A stretch of DNA of 64,000 nt, from positions 90,049 through 154,048 of the IMG/VR virus record IMGVR_UViG_3300021420_000016; one strand, written 5' to 3'. A model generated the notes under the pieces. The model did not search any database, was not told where the DNA came from, and saw nothing but the letters and a program-made list of their open reading frames with translations. A program made the position numbers and the translations under genes. The DNA comes from a virus. Below, piece after piece: positions 1 through 8,859 of the stretch; the stretch's first letter is position 1; each line of letters starts with the position of its first letter.

Positions 1-16
1 ATGCAGCGGAGTGCGG

Positions 17-583
17 TCATGCCGGGATCTCCCACAGAACGCCCTGCGAGGCGGGCGGCGACTTGACTGGTACTGGCGTGGCCCGTACCAGCTCGGCGGC
101 CGGCATAGGCGTGCTGCGACGGCTGATTTTTCGGCCGGGCAACTGCTGATACACCCACAGGCCACCCTTAGTGAACCCCACATGCGACCACCCGGCGCGC
201 AGGTAGCACCAGCCTGGAATCTCCTTAGGCTTGGTCTTGCGCGGGTCAATGAAACTGACGATGCCCAGCTCGGGTACATCGGGCCACTCGGCACGCGTGT
301 GGGCGACCGCCCAACGGATGAGGTCCGATGCAAGGTGCGGGGAATCCTCTCGGCGGAACAAGCTATTCACCCACGCCCCCCCCCCCCATGCGTGCTTGAC
401 GTACTGCGCGTACGGCCAGGAGGTGACCCACACCGCCGAACGGTCTTCGGTGAGCAGCACGAAGCAGCTACCCGGCGGGACGAACTGCGGCGAGCCCGGC
501 TTCTGCCGGTTGTAATGCCGGTCGGCGAGTGGCAGCGCGGCGGGGTCTGCTCGATGGGAGCGCAGCCAGGGGGAGCCGGTCAC
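17..583 (-). CDS. Mom-like/GNAT-fold putative DNA base-modification protein
   Basis: DRHYNRQKPGSPQFVPPG and SFIDP..K..PGWCYLRAGW..VG.TKGGL motifs of a common phage family resembling Mom; coupled to the upstream MTase gene. Confidence 0.5.
   Translation of the reverse strand: MTGSPWLRSHRADPAALPLADRHYNRQKPGSPQFVPPGSCFVLLTEDRSAVWVTSWPYAQYVKHAWGGGAWVNSLFRREDSPHLASDLIRWAVAHTRAEWPDVPELGIVSFIDPRKTKPKEIPGWCYLRAGWSHVGFTKGGLWVYQQLPGRKISRRSTPMPAAELVRATPVPVKSPPASQGVLWEIPA
376..387. repeat. C12 homopolymer (G12 on coding strand) inside Mom-like gene
   Basis: Read directly; encodes WGGGAW. Confidence 0.95.
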
Positions 584-1089
584 AGCAGCACCTCCTGCGC
601 TAGCACGGTGGCCATGACGCCAGTACCGGGGAACAGGTCATCAAGCGTGTCCTCGCTGCCGATGTAGCCGAGCAGGTCGAGCACCCATCGGCAGAAGGGG
701 GGGGGGGGCTTAGCGCCAGTCAGCCCGCGCTTGAGCGTGATGACCTGGCTGAGGTGATCCCGGCCGACTGGTGCACCGGCCTTGGAGCTATCCCGCCCGG
801 GCCGGAAAAGGACGGGCTCCCAGGTGTAGGCGATGCGGACGTTCCGCTTGAATGCCGCGAACGGCTTGACCCAGGCCGCGACGCGGACACCGGCGGGCGC
901 GAGGGGCAGCAACTCTTGCAGTGAGGTAGACGAGCAACTGTAGGCCCAGCCGTCGTATTCACGGTCGAGGCGCAGCATTAGCGCTTCGTGCTCGTCTGTC
1001 TCATCCCAGCAGCCCCACGGCTCCTGGTGCCGGTGCTCGTACCGGCGGCAGCACCCAAGGTAGGGCGGGTCGGCGTAGGCGAACTTCAT
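580..1089 (-). CDS. Small amino (N6-A/N4-C) DNA methyltransferase-like protein
   Basis: N-terminal ADPPY catalytic motif and C-terminal DDLFPGTG SAM-binding motif; ATG 1089 overlaps upstream stop. Confidence 0.75.
   Translation of the reverse strand: MKFAYADPPYLGCCRRYEHRHQEPWGCWDETDEHEALMLRLDREYDGWAYSCSSTSLQELLPLAPAGVRVAAWVKPFAAFKRNVRIAYTWEPVLFRPGRDSSKAGAPVGRDHLSQVITLKRGLTGAKPPPPFCRWVLDLLGYIGSEDTLDDLFPGTGVMATVLAQEVLL
697..708. repeat. G12 homopolymer (C12 on coding strand) inside MTase gene
   Basis: Read directly; encodes KPPPPF. Confidence 0.95.
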
Positions 1090-1961
1090 GCTGCCACTTC
1101 CTGCTTCCGGGTGGTGGCATGGGCCGCCCGGGCCAGGGCCGTGTTGAGCGTGTCCCGTCTCAACCCGAGGCGTTCCGCGATCTGCCGGCGCACCAGTTCC
1201 GGCGCCACTGCGCGGAGCGGGTGCGAGGCCTCCAGTTCGGCGTAGTCGGCGGCGAGCTCGGCGGAGGGAGTGGATTTCTTGCGCCGCCACCCGACTGGGG
1301 CCGGGGTGTCCGGGTTGTCGATCTCGTCGTCGTCCCAGGCCATCGGGACCGGCCAGTTGTTCCGTTCGGCGCGCCTGCGGGCCATGGTGGCGGCTCTGCG
1401 CTGTCCCGGCGTGGCCGTAGGGGGAGGCTGATCCCACAACTGGTCGTAGGCGGCGCACATGCCCCGTGCGACGCGGGCGGTGACCATGGTTACCCGGCCG
1501 GAGACGATCGCTTCCAGGTGGTCGTGGCACATGGGCACTAGCGGGGCGATGCCTGTCCCGGTGTGCCCGCGGGCGATCAGCGCCTGGGCGCGCCGGCGGG
1601 TACCCGTGGCGTCTGTCGCGGCCCCGGCGGCGAGGGCGGCGGCCGGGTCGGCGAGAACCGTTCCGGCGGCGCGGGTGATCTGCGCGGCGTTGTGTGCGGT
1701 GACTGCGGGCTGCCCGCAGTACATCAGCCGGCTCAGTGTCGAGTAGGGGACGCCGGACAGTTCGGCGAACCTTCGCAGGCCGATTCCCGCGTCCATGCAC
1801 CGGCGGACGAGGGCGCGGGCTGGAGTGGCGTCAGTAGTGGTGTAGGGGGGCTTGGCTAGGGTGGCGTTCACGGCCGGGTTCCTTCTTAGGGTAGGGACTG
1901 GGCTGAGGGCCGGCGGCACGTGTACAGCGTGCGGCCGGCCCGTGGTCATGGTGGCGGTCAT
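1086..1961 (-). CDS. Phage multi-HTH DNA-binding protein
   Basis: GIGLRRFAELSGVPYSTLSRL HTH, DATGTRRRAQALIARG motif typical of actinophage regulators, C-terminal IAERLGLRRDTL HTH. Confidence 0.65.
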   Translation of the reverse strand: MTATMTTGRPHAVHVPPALSPVPTLRRNPAVNATLAKPPYTTTDATPARALVRRCMDAGIGLRRFAELSGVPYSTLSRLMYCGQPAVTAHNAAQITRAAGTVLADPAAALAAGAATDATGTRRRAQALIARGHTGTGIAPLVPMCHDHLEAIVSGRVTMVTARVARGMCAAYDQLWDQPPPTATPGQRRAATMARRRAERNNWPVPMAWDDDEIDNPDTPAPVGWRRKKSTPSAELAADYAELEASHPLRAVAPELVRRQIAERLGLRRDTLNTALARAAHATTRKQEVAA

Positions 1962-3355
1962 TTGGGACTCGCCGGAACGTGCTTGCCGCTGGCCGTCCAG
2001 TTGTCACTGGCCATGTCAACAAAGCGGCTGTAGTGTCCCTGGAATGCGACGGTCACTGTCGCCATCGGGCCGTTCCGGTGCTTGGCGATAATAAGGTCCG
2101 CTTCCCCGGTCCGGGGTGAGTCCGTTTCGTGCATATCCTCGCGGTAAAGGAGGATTACGACGTCCGGGTCTTGTTCCAAACTGCCCGATTCGCGTAGATC
2201 TGAGAGCAATGGGCGTTTATCACTGCGCATTTCCGGGCCCCGATTGAGCTGGGAGATAGCGACCACCGGCACGTGAAGCTCCTTGGCCAGCAGCTTCAGC
2301 GACCGGGAGATGTCCGACACCTCCTGCTGCCGGTTCTCCACCCGCCGGCCGGGGGTGCTCATCAACTGCAGGTAGTCCACGATCACCAGCCGCAGGTCGT
2401 GGCGCATCTTCAGCCGCCGGCACTTCGCCCGGATCTCCATCAGGGACATGTTCGGCGAGTCGTCGATGAACAGCGGCGCGCCGGCGATCTCCTCCATGCA
2501 CTGGGCGAGCCGGGCCCAGTCCTTTTCGGTCAACTGGCCGGTCCGCATTGCGTGCAATGGCACCCGCGCCTCCGCCGACAGTAGCCGCATGGTGATCTCG
2601 TTGCGGGTCATCTCCAGGCTGAAGATCGCCGTCGCGAGACCGTGCTTGATCGCCGCCGACCTGGCAAAATCTCCACCTAGCGTCGACTTGCCTGCGCCGG
2701 GCCTTGCGGCCACGACCACCATCTGCCCTGGGTGCAGTCCGTGTGTCAGGGAGTCCAGGTCGAGGAATCCGGTCGGCACGCCGGTGAGTGCGCCGCCGTT
2801 AGCGCCGATCGCCTCGACCTCGTCCATGGCGCCGGGGAGGATTTCGGCCAGTGACAGGTAGTCCTCCCCCGCCCGCCGGTCGGCGACCGCGTACAGTGCC
2901 GTTTCGGCCCGGTCGAGCATGTCGTCGGCGTCGGCGGTGGCGTCGTAGCCGAACTGGGCGATGCGGGTGCCCGCTTCGGCGAGGCGGCGCAGGATCGCCT
3001 TCTCCCGGACGATCCGCGCGTAGTACCCGGCATTGGCGGCGGTGGGTACTGACGCGAACAGGGTGTGCAGGTACCCGGCGCCGCCCGCCCTTAGGAGGGT
3101 GCCCTCTTTGCCCATCAGGTCGGCGACCGTGACCGCGTCGGCGGGCTCGCCGCGGGAGTACAGGTCCAGGATTGCCTCGTGCACCATCTGGTGCGCCGGG
3201 CGGTAGTGGTCGAGCGGCCCGATGATCTCGATGACATCCGCGATGGCGTCTTTCGACATGAGCATGCCGCCGAGGACGCACTGTTCCGCGGCGAGGTCAT
3301 GCGGCGGGATGCGCTCGAACCCGGGTGGCGGCGCGACGTCTGCCAGGGCGCTCAT
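1958..3355 (-). CDS. dnaB: Replicative DNA helicase DnaB
   Basis: PPHDLAAEQCVLGGML, AARPGAGKS (Walker A), FSLEM, IVDYLQLM, SQLNR, SDLRESGSLEQD, KHRNGP. Confidence 0.97.
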   Translation of the reverse strand: MSALADVAPPPGFERIPPHDLAAEQCVLGGMLMSKDAIADVIEIIGPLDHYRPAHQMVHEAILDLYSRGEPADAVTVADLMGKEGTLLRAGGAGYLHTLFASVPTAANAGYYARIVREKAILRRLAEAGTRIAQFGYDATADADDMLDRAETALYAVADRRAGEDYLSLAEILPGAMDEVEAIGANGGALTGVPTGFLDLDSLTHGLHPGQMVVVAARPGAGKSTLGGDFARSAAIKHGLATAIFSLEMTRNEITMRLLSAEARVPLHAMRTGQLTEKDWARLAQCMEEIAGAPLFIDDSPNMSLMEIRAKCRRLKMRHDLRLVIVDYLQLMSTPGRRVENRQQEVSDISRSLKLLAKELHVPVVAISQLNRGPEMRSDKRPLLSDLRESGSLEQDPDVVILLYREDMHETDSPRTGEADLIIAKHRNGPMATVTVAFQGHYSRFVDMASDNWTASGKHVPASPK

Positions 3356-4431
3356 GACACGGCTGCTTTCCTGTCAGCGGCGCAGGATGGGCATTCGGAT
3401 CCGGCCGCATGGCTGACGTGATGGTCCGGGCAGGTCACCTTCGGCCTGGGCGGCGGCGCGGTCCGGTCGCGGGCAGCCGCCCACCAGTAACCGTCGGCGT
3501 GCAGGCCGCCGGGAGAGTGTGATCTTTCATCGGCAGCGCGGATCAGCGCGGCAGCGCGGATCAGCGGCCAAGGGCGATCGAGGGTGTCGCGGTGGCACAG
3601 GGACTCGCGGATTGACCGTTCCGACCAGTCCGGGCGGATGGTGCGGATGGTGCCGACCAGTGCGCTGACCTCGCCGTCTGAGGGGGTTTCCTGGACTAGG
3701 CCCCCCTCCCCCGTTTGGGCGCCGGGAAGGCCGAACGGGACCATGGGCGACTGGGCCCAGCTTGCGCCGGGGGCGGGGGGATTGGGGCCAGGGGCGAGGG
3801 GCTTTCTTAGGGATCCACCGTTATTTCTCCCCTTCCCCCTGGCCCCCTGGGCACCGGGTAGGACACGGAGGTCGGCAGGGGCATCAGCCGGGCGCTCCGC
3901 ACGGTGGTCAGCAACCCCCTCCGCATGGCCCTGCGGAGGGGGGTCGGCAGGGCCCTGTGGGAGGGCATGGGCAAGGCGGGCGGGAAGGGCGTCCAGCAGG
4001 GCGATTACAGGTTCACGGGTCTTGTTGGTCAGTTCCTTCAAGGGAAGCCGGCCCAGTTCGCGGAAGATCACGGCGCGCAGCGTCGCCGATTCCACGCGCG
4101 CCGCGTCGGCGATGGCGATGGCTAGCACCTTCGGCTGCTTCCAGACCTCGTCGTTGCGGATCAAGGTGCGGATCAGCAACTCCCCGGTGTCCTCGTCCGC
4201 GATCGTGAACCGGGCTGCGCAGGTGTACTTCAGTGCGGCCGCGAGCGTCTCCTGGTCCCAGCCGATCCGGCGGGCCCACAGCCGCAGGTTGATCGTGATG
4301 ACGCCGCAGTGGCGTAGCTCCGGCTGGGCCAGCAGCATCTGGTAGAGGTTTTTCCCGTCCGGGTGCAGAGCGCGCCAGTCGTCGTCGTCGGTCCACATGG
4401 ACGCCTTGAGGCGCGCCTCGGTCCGCGGCAT
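3352..4431 (-). CDS. Phage replication initiator / replisome organiser
   Basis: N-terminal MWTDDDDWRAL..LYQMLLAQPEL.HCGV winged-helix type domain, Pro/Gly linker, C-terminal CPDH..CPSC; directly upstream of dnaB. Confidence 0.65.
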   Translation of the reverse strand: MPRTEARLKASMWTDDDDWRALHPDGKNLYQMLLAQPELRHCGVITINLRLWARRIGWDQETLAAALKYTCAARFTIADEDTGELLIRTLIRNDEVWKQPKVLAIAIADAARVESATLRAVIFRELGRLPLKELTNKTREPVIALLDALPARLAHALPQGPADPPPQGHAEGVADHRAERPADAPADLRVLPGAQGARGKGRNNGGSLRKPLAPGPNPPAPGASWAQSPMVPFGLPGAQTGEGGLVQETPSDGEVSALVGTIRTIRPDWSERSIRESLCHRDTLDRPWPLIRAAALIRAADERSHSPGGLHADGYWWAAARDRTAPPPRPKVTCPDHHVSHAAGSECPSCAADRKAAVS

Positions 4432-4670
4432 CAGACCTCGCCGCCTTCGGTGATGCGCTGGGGGATGGCCACGTTGCGGGCCACCTTTCCGGGGTCTCGT
4501 TGTGCAGTTAACTCACTACGCACCGGCAAGGGCGCTCTGTCCGGACTCTAGTCCGACAATAATACGGTTGCAAGTCTGTACTGGGGACTACTTTCAGGTA
4601 TGACACAGTGGTACGATTGCCCCAAGTCATGACCGGACGTCATGACCCATGGCCCTGAACTCCGAGGAGC

Positions 4671-4949
4671 GTGGACGAGTTGACCGACCCGCTGAACGAC
4701 TTGCTGGCCGAGCTTGCCCGCGATGCCGCCGAGGTCGAGGAGTACGACCCGAAGGCGGAGGCAGCCCGGCAGCGCATCCGGGACAAGCTCCCCCAAGCCC
4801 GCGCGCTTGGCGCCGGCCCAGCGGAACTGGAGCGCGCGATCCGCGGCATCTACACCGCGAAGTCCATCAGCCGCTGGACCGACGAGTCCGCACCCGGGGA
4901 CCAGCGCCGCGGCCGCCGCAAGCGCAACGGCGCACCCGTCGCCGCCTGA
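4671..4949 (+). CDS. Small HTH-like regulator, opposite strand to the operon
   Basis: GGAG RBS, GTG start, GAGPAELERAIRGIYTAKSISRW HTH-like; AT-richer spacer with two GTCATGAC palindromes at 4626 and 4639. Confidence 0.55.
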   Translation: MDELTDPLNDLLAELARDAAEVEEYDPKAEAARQRIRDKLPQARALGAGPAELERAIRGIYTAKSISRWTDESAPGDQRRGRRKRNGAPVAA

Positions 4950-4972
4950 TCTCGCACTCCCCCAGCCCGCCA

Positions 4973-6292
4973 TCACGCTGCCGTCTCCTGTAGCTGAGCC
5001 GGCGTCGCCTGCCGCTGGATGCCTGCCGCCATGGTGATCACGTGCTGGGCTAGCAGGGGCGGCATTGCGTTGCCGACCTGCTGGAACTGCTTGGTTTGGC
5101 TCCCCCGCCATGGATAGTCCGGCGGGAACGACTGGAGGACCGCAGCCTCCTGGACGGTGATCCGCACCGGCTCGGCCCGCAGCTCACCCGGGCCAGGTTC
5201 ATGTACCCACGCCGCCCAGTTGGACCGGCCACCGAAGAACAGCGTCCCTGCGGGCTCGTCCAGTGACCGCGTGCAAGCGTTGTTGTTGTTGTTGTTGTTG
5301 CGGAAGACCCACTGGCCAGCTCTCTGCGCGGCCGCGAGTGCGTCGCGGTCCCGGTGCCCGAACGGTTCAGCACCACCGGTGGCGGTCCCGCCGGCGGTGA
5401 CCGTCGGCGCCGGCCGGCCGGTCGCCCCCCAGCCAAGGACTTTCTCCATGGACACCCACGGGGTGCCCCACAGTTGCTCGCCGCCGCGCGGATCGTAATG
5501 CACTGGCGGCGGGCAGGACACGGGACGCGAGCGTGAGGCGATCAGGATGGCGCGTTGCCGGGTCTGCGGCACGCCATAGTCGGCGGCGTTGAGCTTCCCG
5601 CACCAGGTGCTGTAGCCGGCCTTCTGCAGTTCGTCTGCATACACCTGCCACAGGGGCAGCACGGCCGGCACCTGCTCCAGCGCCACCCATTCGGGCTGGC
5701 CGGCGTAGATGAACCGGGCCGGCTCAAGGACCAGGGAAGCCGACCGGACAGCGTCCCAGATCTTCGCCGATCGCTGAGCGCGGGTCAGGTGCGAGCCAGG
5801 CGGCGCGCTCGCCATGTCGCGCAGGCGCTTGTGGGGGGAGTTCCTTCGGGCCAGCAGTTTCCGCTTCCATGCCTGCTGGCGCTTGCGCCGCCATGCCTCG
5901 GCGGTCATCTGCGGGGTAGGTGATCCACCTAGCCACCCGGCCAGCCGCAGGGTGGTGACCATCTCTCGCCGCCGCCGTGCCCGGGTCGCCTGGCCAGCGA
6001 ACTGGTCCCGTATCCCGTCGGCGAGAATGGCGATCACCCCGAGCCCGGCGCCCAGGCCGGCCATGCTGAACACGATGCACGGCGGGCTGTGACATTGACC
6101 CCAAGTCTTCCTGGCTAGTCCTTCGACCGGGAAGGCGCTCATATCGGCGTGAATGGTCAGGTGGCCTGCAGCGGCGCGGGTGGCGCAGGCGGTGGCGTCC
6201 CGTTCAATGCCGATCGAGCGCAGGCCGAGCATGCGGAGCGCCTCGTCCCAGCCGCCGGGACCACCGAATCCGTCCAACACAAGGTCGCTCAC
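4973..6292 (-). CDS. C5-cytosine DNA methyltransferase
   Basis: DGFGGPGG (motif I), SPPC (IV), EQV (VI variant), PQTRQR (VIII), LQSFP (IX), QVGNA (X); GTG 6292 overlaps upstream stop. Confidence 0.92.
   Translation of the reverse strand: MSDLVLDGFGGPGGWDEALRMLGLRSIGIERDATACATRAAAGHLTIHADMSAFPVEGLARKTWGQCHSPPCIVFSMAGLGAGLGVIAILADGIRDQFAGQATRARRRREMVTTLRLAGWLGGSPTPQMTAEAWRRKRQQAWKRKLLARRNSPHKRLRDMASAPPGSHLTRAQRSAKIWDAVRSASLVLEPARFIYAGQPEWVALEQVPAVLPLWQVYADELQKAGYSTWCGKLNAADYGVPQTRQRAILIASRSRPVSCPPPVHYDPRGGEQLWGTPWVSMEKVLGWGATGRPAPTVTAGGTATGGAEPFGHRDRDALAAAQRAGQWVFRNNNNNNNACTRSLDEPAGTLFFGGRSNWAAWVHEPGPGELRAEPVRITVQEAAVLQSFPPDYPWRGSQTKQFQQVGNAMPPLLAQHVITMAAGIQRQATPAQLQETAA
5279..5299. repeat. 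(AAC)7 trinucleotide repeat encoding poly-Asn in the MTase variable region
   Basis: gtt x7 on + strand; FRNNNNNNNACTRS. Confidence 0.95.
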
Positions 6293-6933
6293 AACGTCAC
6301 CTCGGTGATGTGCAGGGTCACCTGGCCGCGGGGGCAAGTGCCGGGCAGTAGTTCGTAGGTGACCCGCCGGACGTGCTTGCGGCTGTCACCACCGCCGAAT
6401 ACCCCCGTGTCCGCGATGCCATCGATCAGATGCTTACCGGTGGGCGCGAGGTTCTCACTGTCCTCAATCCGCGCCGCGGCGAAGGGGTGACGGTCTTTGC
6501 GCCGCCTCGGTGGCGGCAGGTAGGTGACATGGATGTCGGCGCGGTGGATCAGTGGCAGGCGGCTGCTCCTCGCCGCAATCCCTCCGTGTTGCCGGAGCGT
6601 CTTGATGATCTCCGCTTTCGGGTGGAGGGACAGCCGGTTGTTGGCGGTGAGCAGTTCCATGCCGGCCGGGAACTGGATCGTCCACGTCCTGGGGTCACCG
6701 GCCGGCGCGCTTCCACCAGACACGCCGGCCGGCGACGTTTTCAGAGCCCCGCGGGGGCCAGCGGCAGGCCGGCCTGCCCGCGGGGCCTGCTCTCCTCGCG
6801 GGGATCGCCTGGGGGGCGCGGAGGAGAGCGCTGCGCCAGCCCCGATCGGGGAGCCGGGGGGCGCAGCAGGCACCACCAGCCGCGCGGCGGGCGCGGCCCT
6901 GGTGGTGCGTCTTGGGGTCCGGGTGGTGGTCAC
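6289..6933 (-). CDS. rusA: RusA-like Holliday junction resolvase
   Basis: LLTANNR, RRRKD, D.ENLAPTGKHLIDG..D.GV..GDS pattern. Confidence 0.65.
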   Translation of the reverse strand: MTTTRTPRRTTRAAPAARLVVPAAPPGSPIGAGAALSSAPPRRSPRGEQAPRAGRPAAGPRGALKTSPAGVSGGSAPAGDPRTWTIQFPAGMELLTANNRLSLHPKAEIIKTLRQHGGIAARSSRLPLIHRADIHVTYLPPPRRRKDRHPFAAARIEDSENLAPTGKHLIDGIADTGVFGGGDSRKHVRRVTYELLPGTCPRGQVTLHITEVTL

Positions 6934-7556
6934 GCCGCAATCTCCCGCCGTGCCACCAGGGCAATCACCCGGGAAACGAGTTCGGCCCGCAGATCCATCA
7001 GTGCCGTGAACTCGCCGACGTAGCGCTCCATGTCGCCGCGCTGCTGCTCGAACACTTCTGCCAGTTCGGCACTGCCCATGCCTTCCTCGCGCAGCCCCTG
7101 GGCTCCGTCGAGCAGGTGAACGATCTTTGGCAGGCATTTATCGAGACCGCGGACGAACCGGGCTTCGGGCAGTTCCTGCTCCTCGTAGAGGCGGACCATG
7201 AACGGCACCCATGGCAGCCGGCCGTGGAACTCCGCACTGATGCGCTCGATGGCTTCGTGCTCGCGGGCGGCTTTAGCTTTGCGCCCGGCGGCGTCGATGC
7301 GCAGCGTGGAGGTGTCCCCGGCGTAGACCTCGGGCATGTCGTGGATCAGCGCGAACTGGGCGATCAGGCCGATGTCGAGCCGGCCGTTGTACAAGGCCTG
7401 GGCGAGGGCTGGGGCGATCCACCCGAGCATGACCGTGTGGTCGGCGTCGGATTCCCGGGTCGCCCCGTCGGGGTGGTAGCAAGCGGTCCGGTCGATCTGG
7501 CCGAACGCCATCGCGAGCCGCCCAAGGTCAATCACGGCGTCCGCGAGCCCGCTCAT
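6930..7556 (-). CDS. HD-domain phosphohydrolase (YfbR/5'-deoxynucleotidase-like)
   Basis: RESDADH...LIHDMPEVYAGD...EARFVRGLDK. Confidence 0.85.
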   Translation of the reverse strand: MSGLADAVIDLGRLAMAFGQIDRTACYHPDGATRESDADHTVMLGWIAPALAQALYNGRLDIGLIAQFALIHDMPEVYAGDTSTLRIDAAGRKAKAAREHEAIERISAEFHGRLPWVPFMVRLYEEQELPEARFVRGLDKCLPKIVHLLDGAQGLREEGMGSAELAEVFEQQRGDMERYVGEFTALMDLRAELVSRVIALVARREIAA

Positions 7557-7816
7557 GACACACGCGCCGGGAGGTCTTCGCTGCTCCATAGTGCCCCTTG
7601 GTCGGGGTGTGGCGTCTTGTCCAGTTCAGCCTCGCGTGCGGCCTTCTCGCGCAGTTCGTCCCGGAGGGACAGCATGCCCTGCCCTTCTGGGCACAACCCG
7701 GCGGGGCGGCGCTTGCGCGCGGCGGGTTCGCACTGATGGCAGCCTCTGCGGTGGTGCTGCCATGTCTCGTCGGCGTCGCGGGCGCTGGCCCGGGCCATGG
7801 TCGTCTCGTAGCTCAT
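7553..7816 (-). CDS. Small Cys/His protein
   Basis: HH..GCHQC..LC; preceded by the AGGCGAAGGG motif at 7825. Confidence 0.6.
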   Translation of the reverse strand: MSYETTMARASARDADETWQHHRRGCHQCEPAARKRRPAGLCPEGQGMLSLRDELREKAAREAELDKTPHPDQGALWSSEDLPARVS

Positions 7817-8859
7817 GGTGGTGTCCCTTCGCCTGTCCGGTCCAGGTCGGCCCGTGCTGCTGCCTGCGCCATGTCGGCGCACAGCATCCGGAGCTGATCG
7901 CGGAACCGGTCCTTGCTGTCCTGCGGGATGTCCCGCAGGGTGAATTCCATCTCGGCGGCGTACTCGTCCAGTTCGCGCGATCCGCGGGCCCACCGCCACG
8001 CCTGCCTGCCACCCTCGATGGCGGCGTGCAGCAGCAGGCAGACGGCGAGCATCACTGCCAGGGCCAGCAGGAGGCCCAGGGCGGCTGGGAGGCAGATGAA
8101 CGTCGGCAGGGTGGCGAGCACCCGCCAGGCGGGCCGCCGTTTTTGGCGGCGGAATTCTCCCTGCGCGTAAGACATCGTTAACGCCGCCCCCTCCCCCGGC
8201 GCCGCGGCCGCGTACCTGCCGCCGGGGGTGAGCCATGCGATCGTTCCCCCGCCGTGGCCGTGGAGCGTGACCGGGTAGCCGCCGGGCTGCTCCTGGCCGT
8301 TGCGTCTGCGCCAGAAACCCTTCTCGAACATGTGCGGGTCACGATTCTCGCACAAGCCGTGACAGCCTGTGGCGGAAGTGCCGCAGAGCAGGCAGCCATT
8401 CGCCGCCGACCGGTACAGCCGCCCCGCCGACCCGCCGGCGCCCCGGGCGTAGATGTGCTGGATCTGGCCGCCGTGTTCACCGAGCCACACCCCGCATGCT
8501 TCGCAGCGGGCGTTCTGCGGGTCGCCGTTCCCCGCGCGGGTGCGGATGAGCAGCCTCACCGCGGCGGGGAACCCGGTGTCCCGGGGCGCTTTGCGGCCTG
8601 CGGGCCGCACAGTGCCGGGCGGGGCGCTCGCCGTGAGCGCAGCCTTGCCCGGTGAGCGGCCGGCCGGCGCGGGGTACAGGTGCCAGCCGCCGCATGCCGC
8701 ATGGTAGCGGGCCTGCCTGGCCGGGCCGTTCTCGTGGCGGGACGAGTCGGCCCGGCCAGGGCCTGCGAGCGCCAGCCCGGCGGCTATCGCGTCGTCGTAG
8801 CGGTACCGGCCGCACCCCGGGTGCAGGCCCTGGCGACGCTTCAGGGCGGCCTGTTTCAC
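7813..8859 (-). CDS. HNH endonuclease reading in frame into a downstream membrane protein (own ATG at 8175)
   Basis: RCEACG..QIQHIYARGAGG..ANGCLLCG..GCHG HNH core; hydrophobic stretch after MSYAQ. Confidence 0.7.
   Translation of the reverse strand: MKQAALKRRQGLHPGCGRYRYDDAIAAGLALAGPGRADSSRHENGPARQARYHAACGGWHLYPAPAGRSPGKAALTASAPPGTVRPAGRKAPRDTGFPAAVRLLIRTRAGNGDPQNARCEACGVWLGEHGGQIQHIYARGAGGSAGRLYRSAANGCLLCGTSATGCHGLCENRDPHMFEKGFWRRRNGQEQPGGYPVTLHGHGGGTIAWLTPGGRYAAAAPGEGAALTMSYAQGEFRRQKRRPAWRVLATLPTFICLPAALGLLLALAVMLAVCLLLHAAIEGGRQAWRWARGSRELDEYAAEMEFTLRDIPQDSKDRFRDQLRMLCADMAQAAARADLDRTGEGTPP

Noticed and set aside
1958-3355. Host chromosomal dnaB locus or intein-containing DnaB
   Set aside because: Neighbours are phage-type, not rplI/rpsR; 465 aa leaves no room for an intein
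4431-4472. 13-codon leader ORF coupled to the replication initiator
   Set aside because: Has an RBS and TGATG overlap, but too short to support without conservation data
5279-5299. AAC run as a diversity-generating retroelement template
   Set aside because: No reverse transcriptase and no second near-identical copy seen in the window
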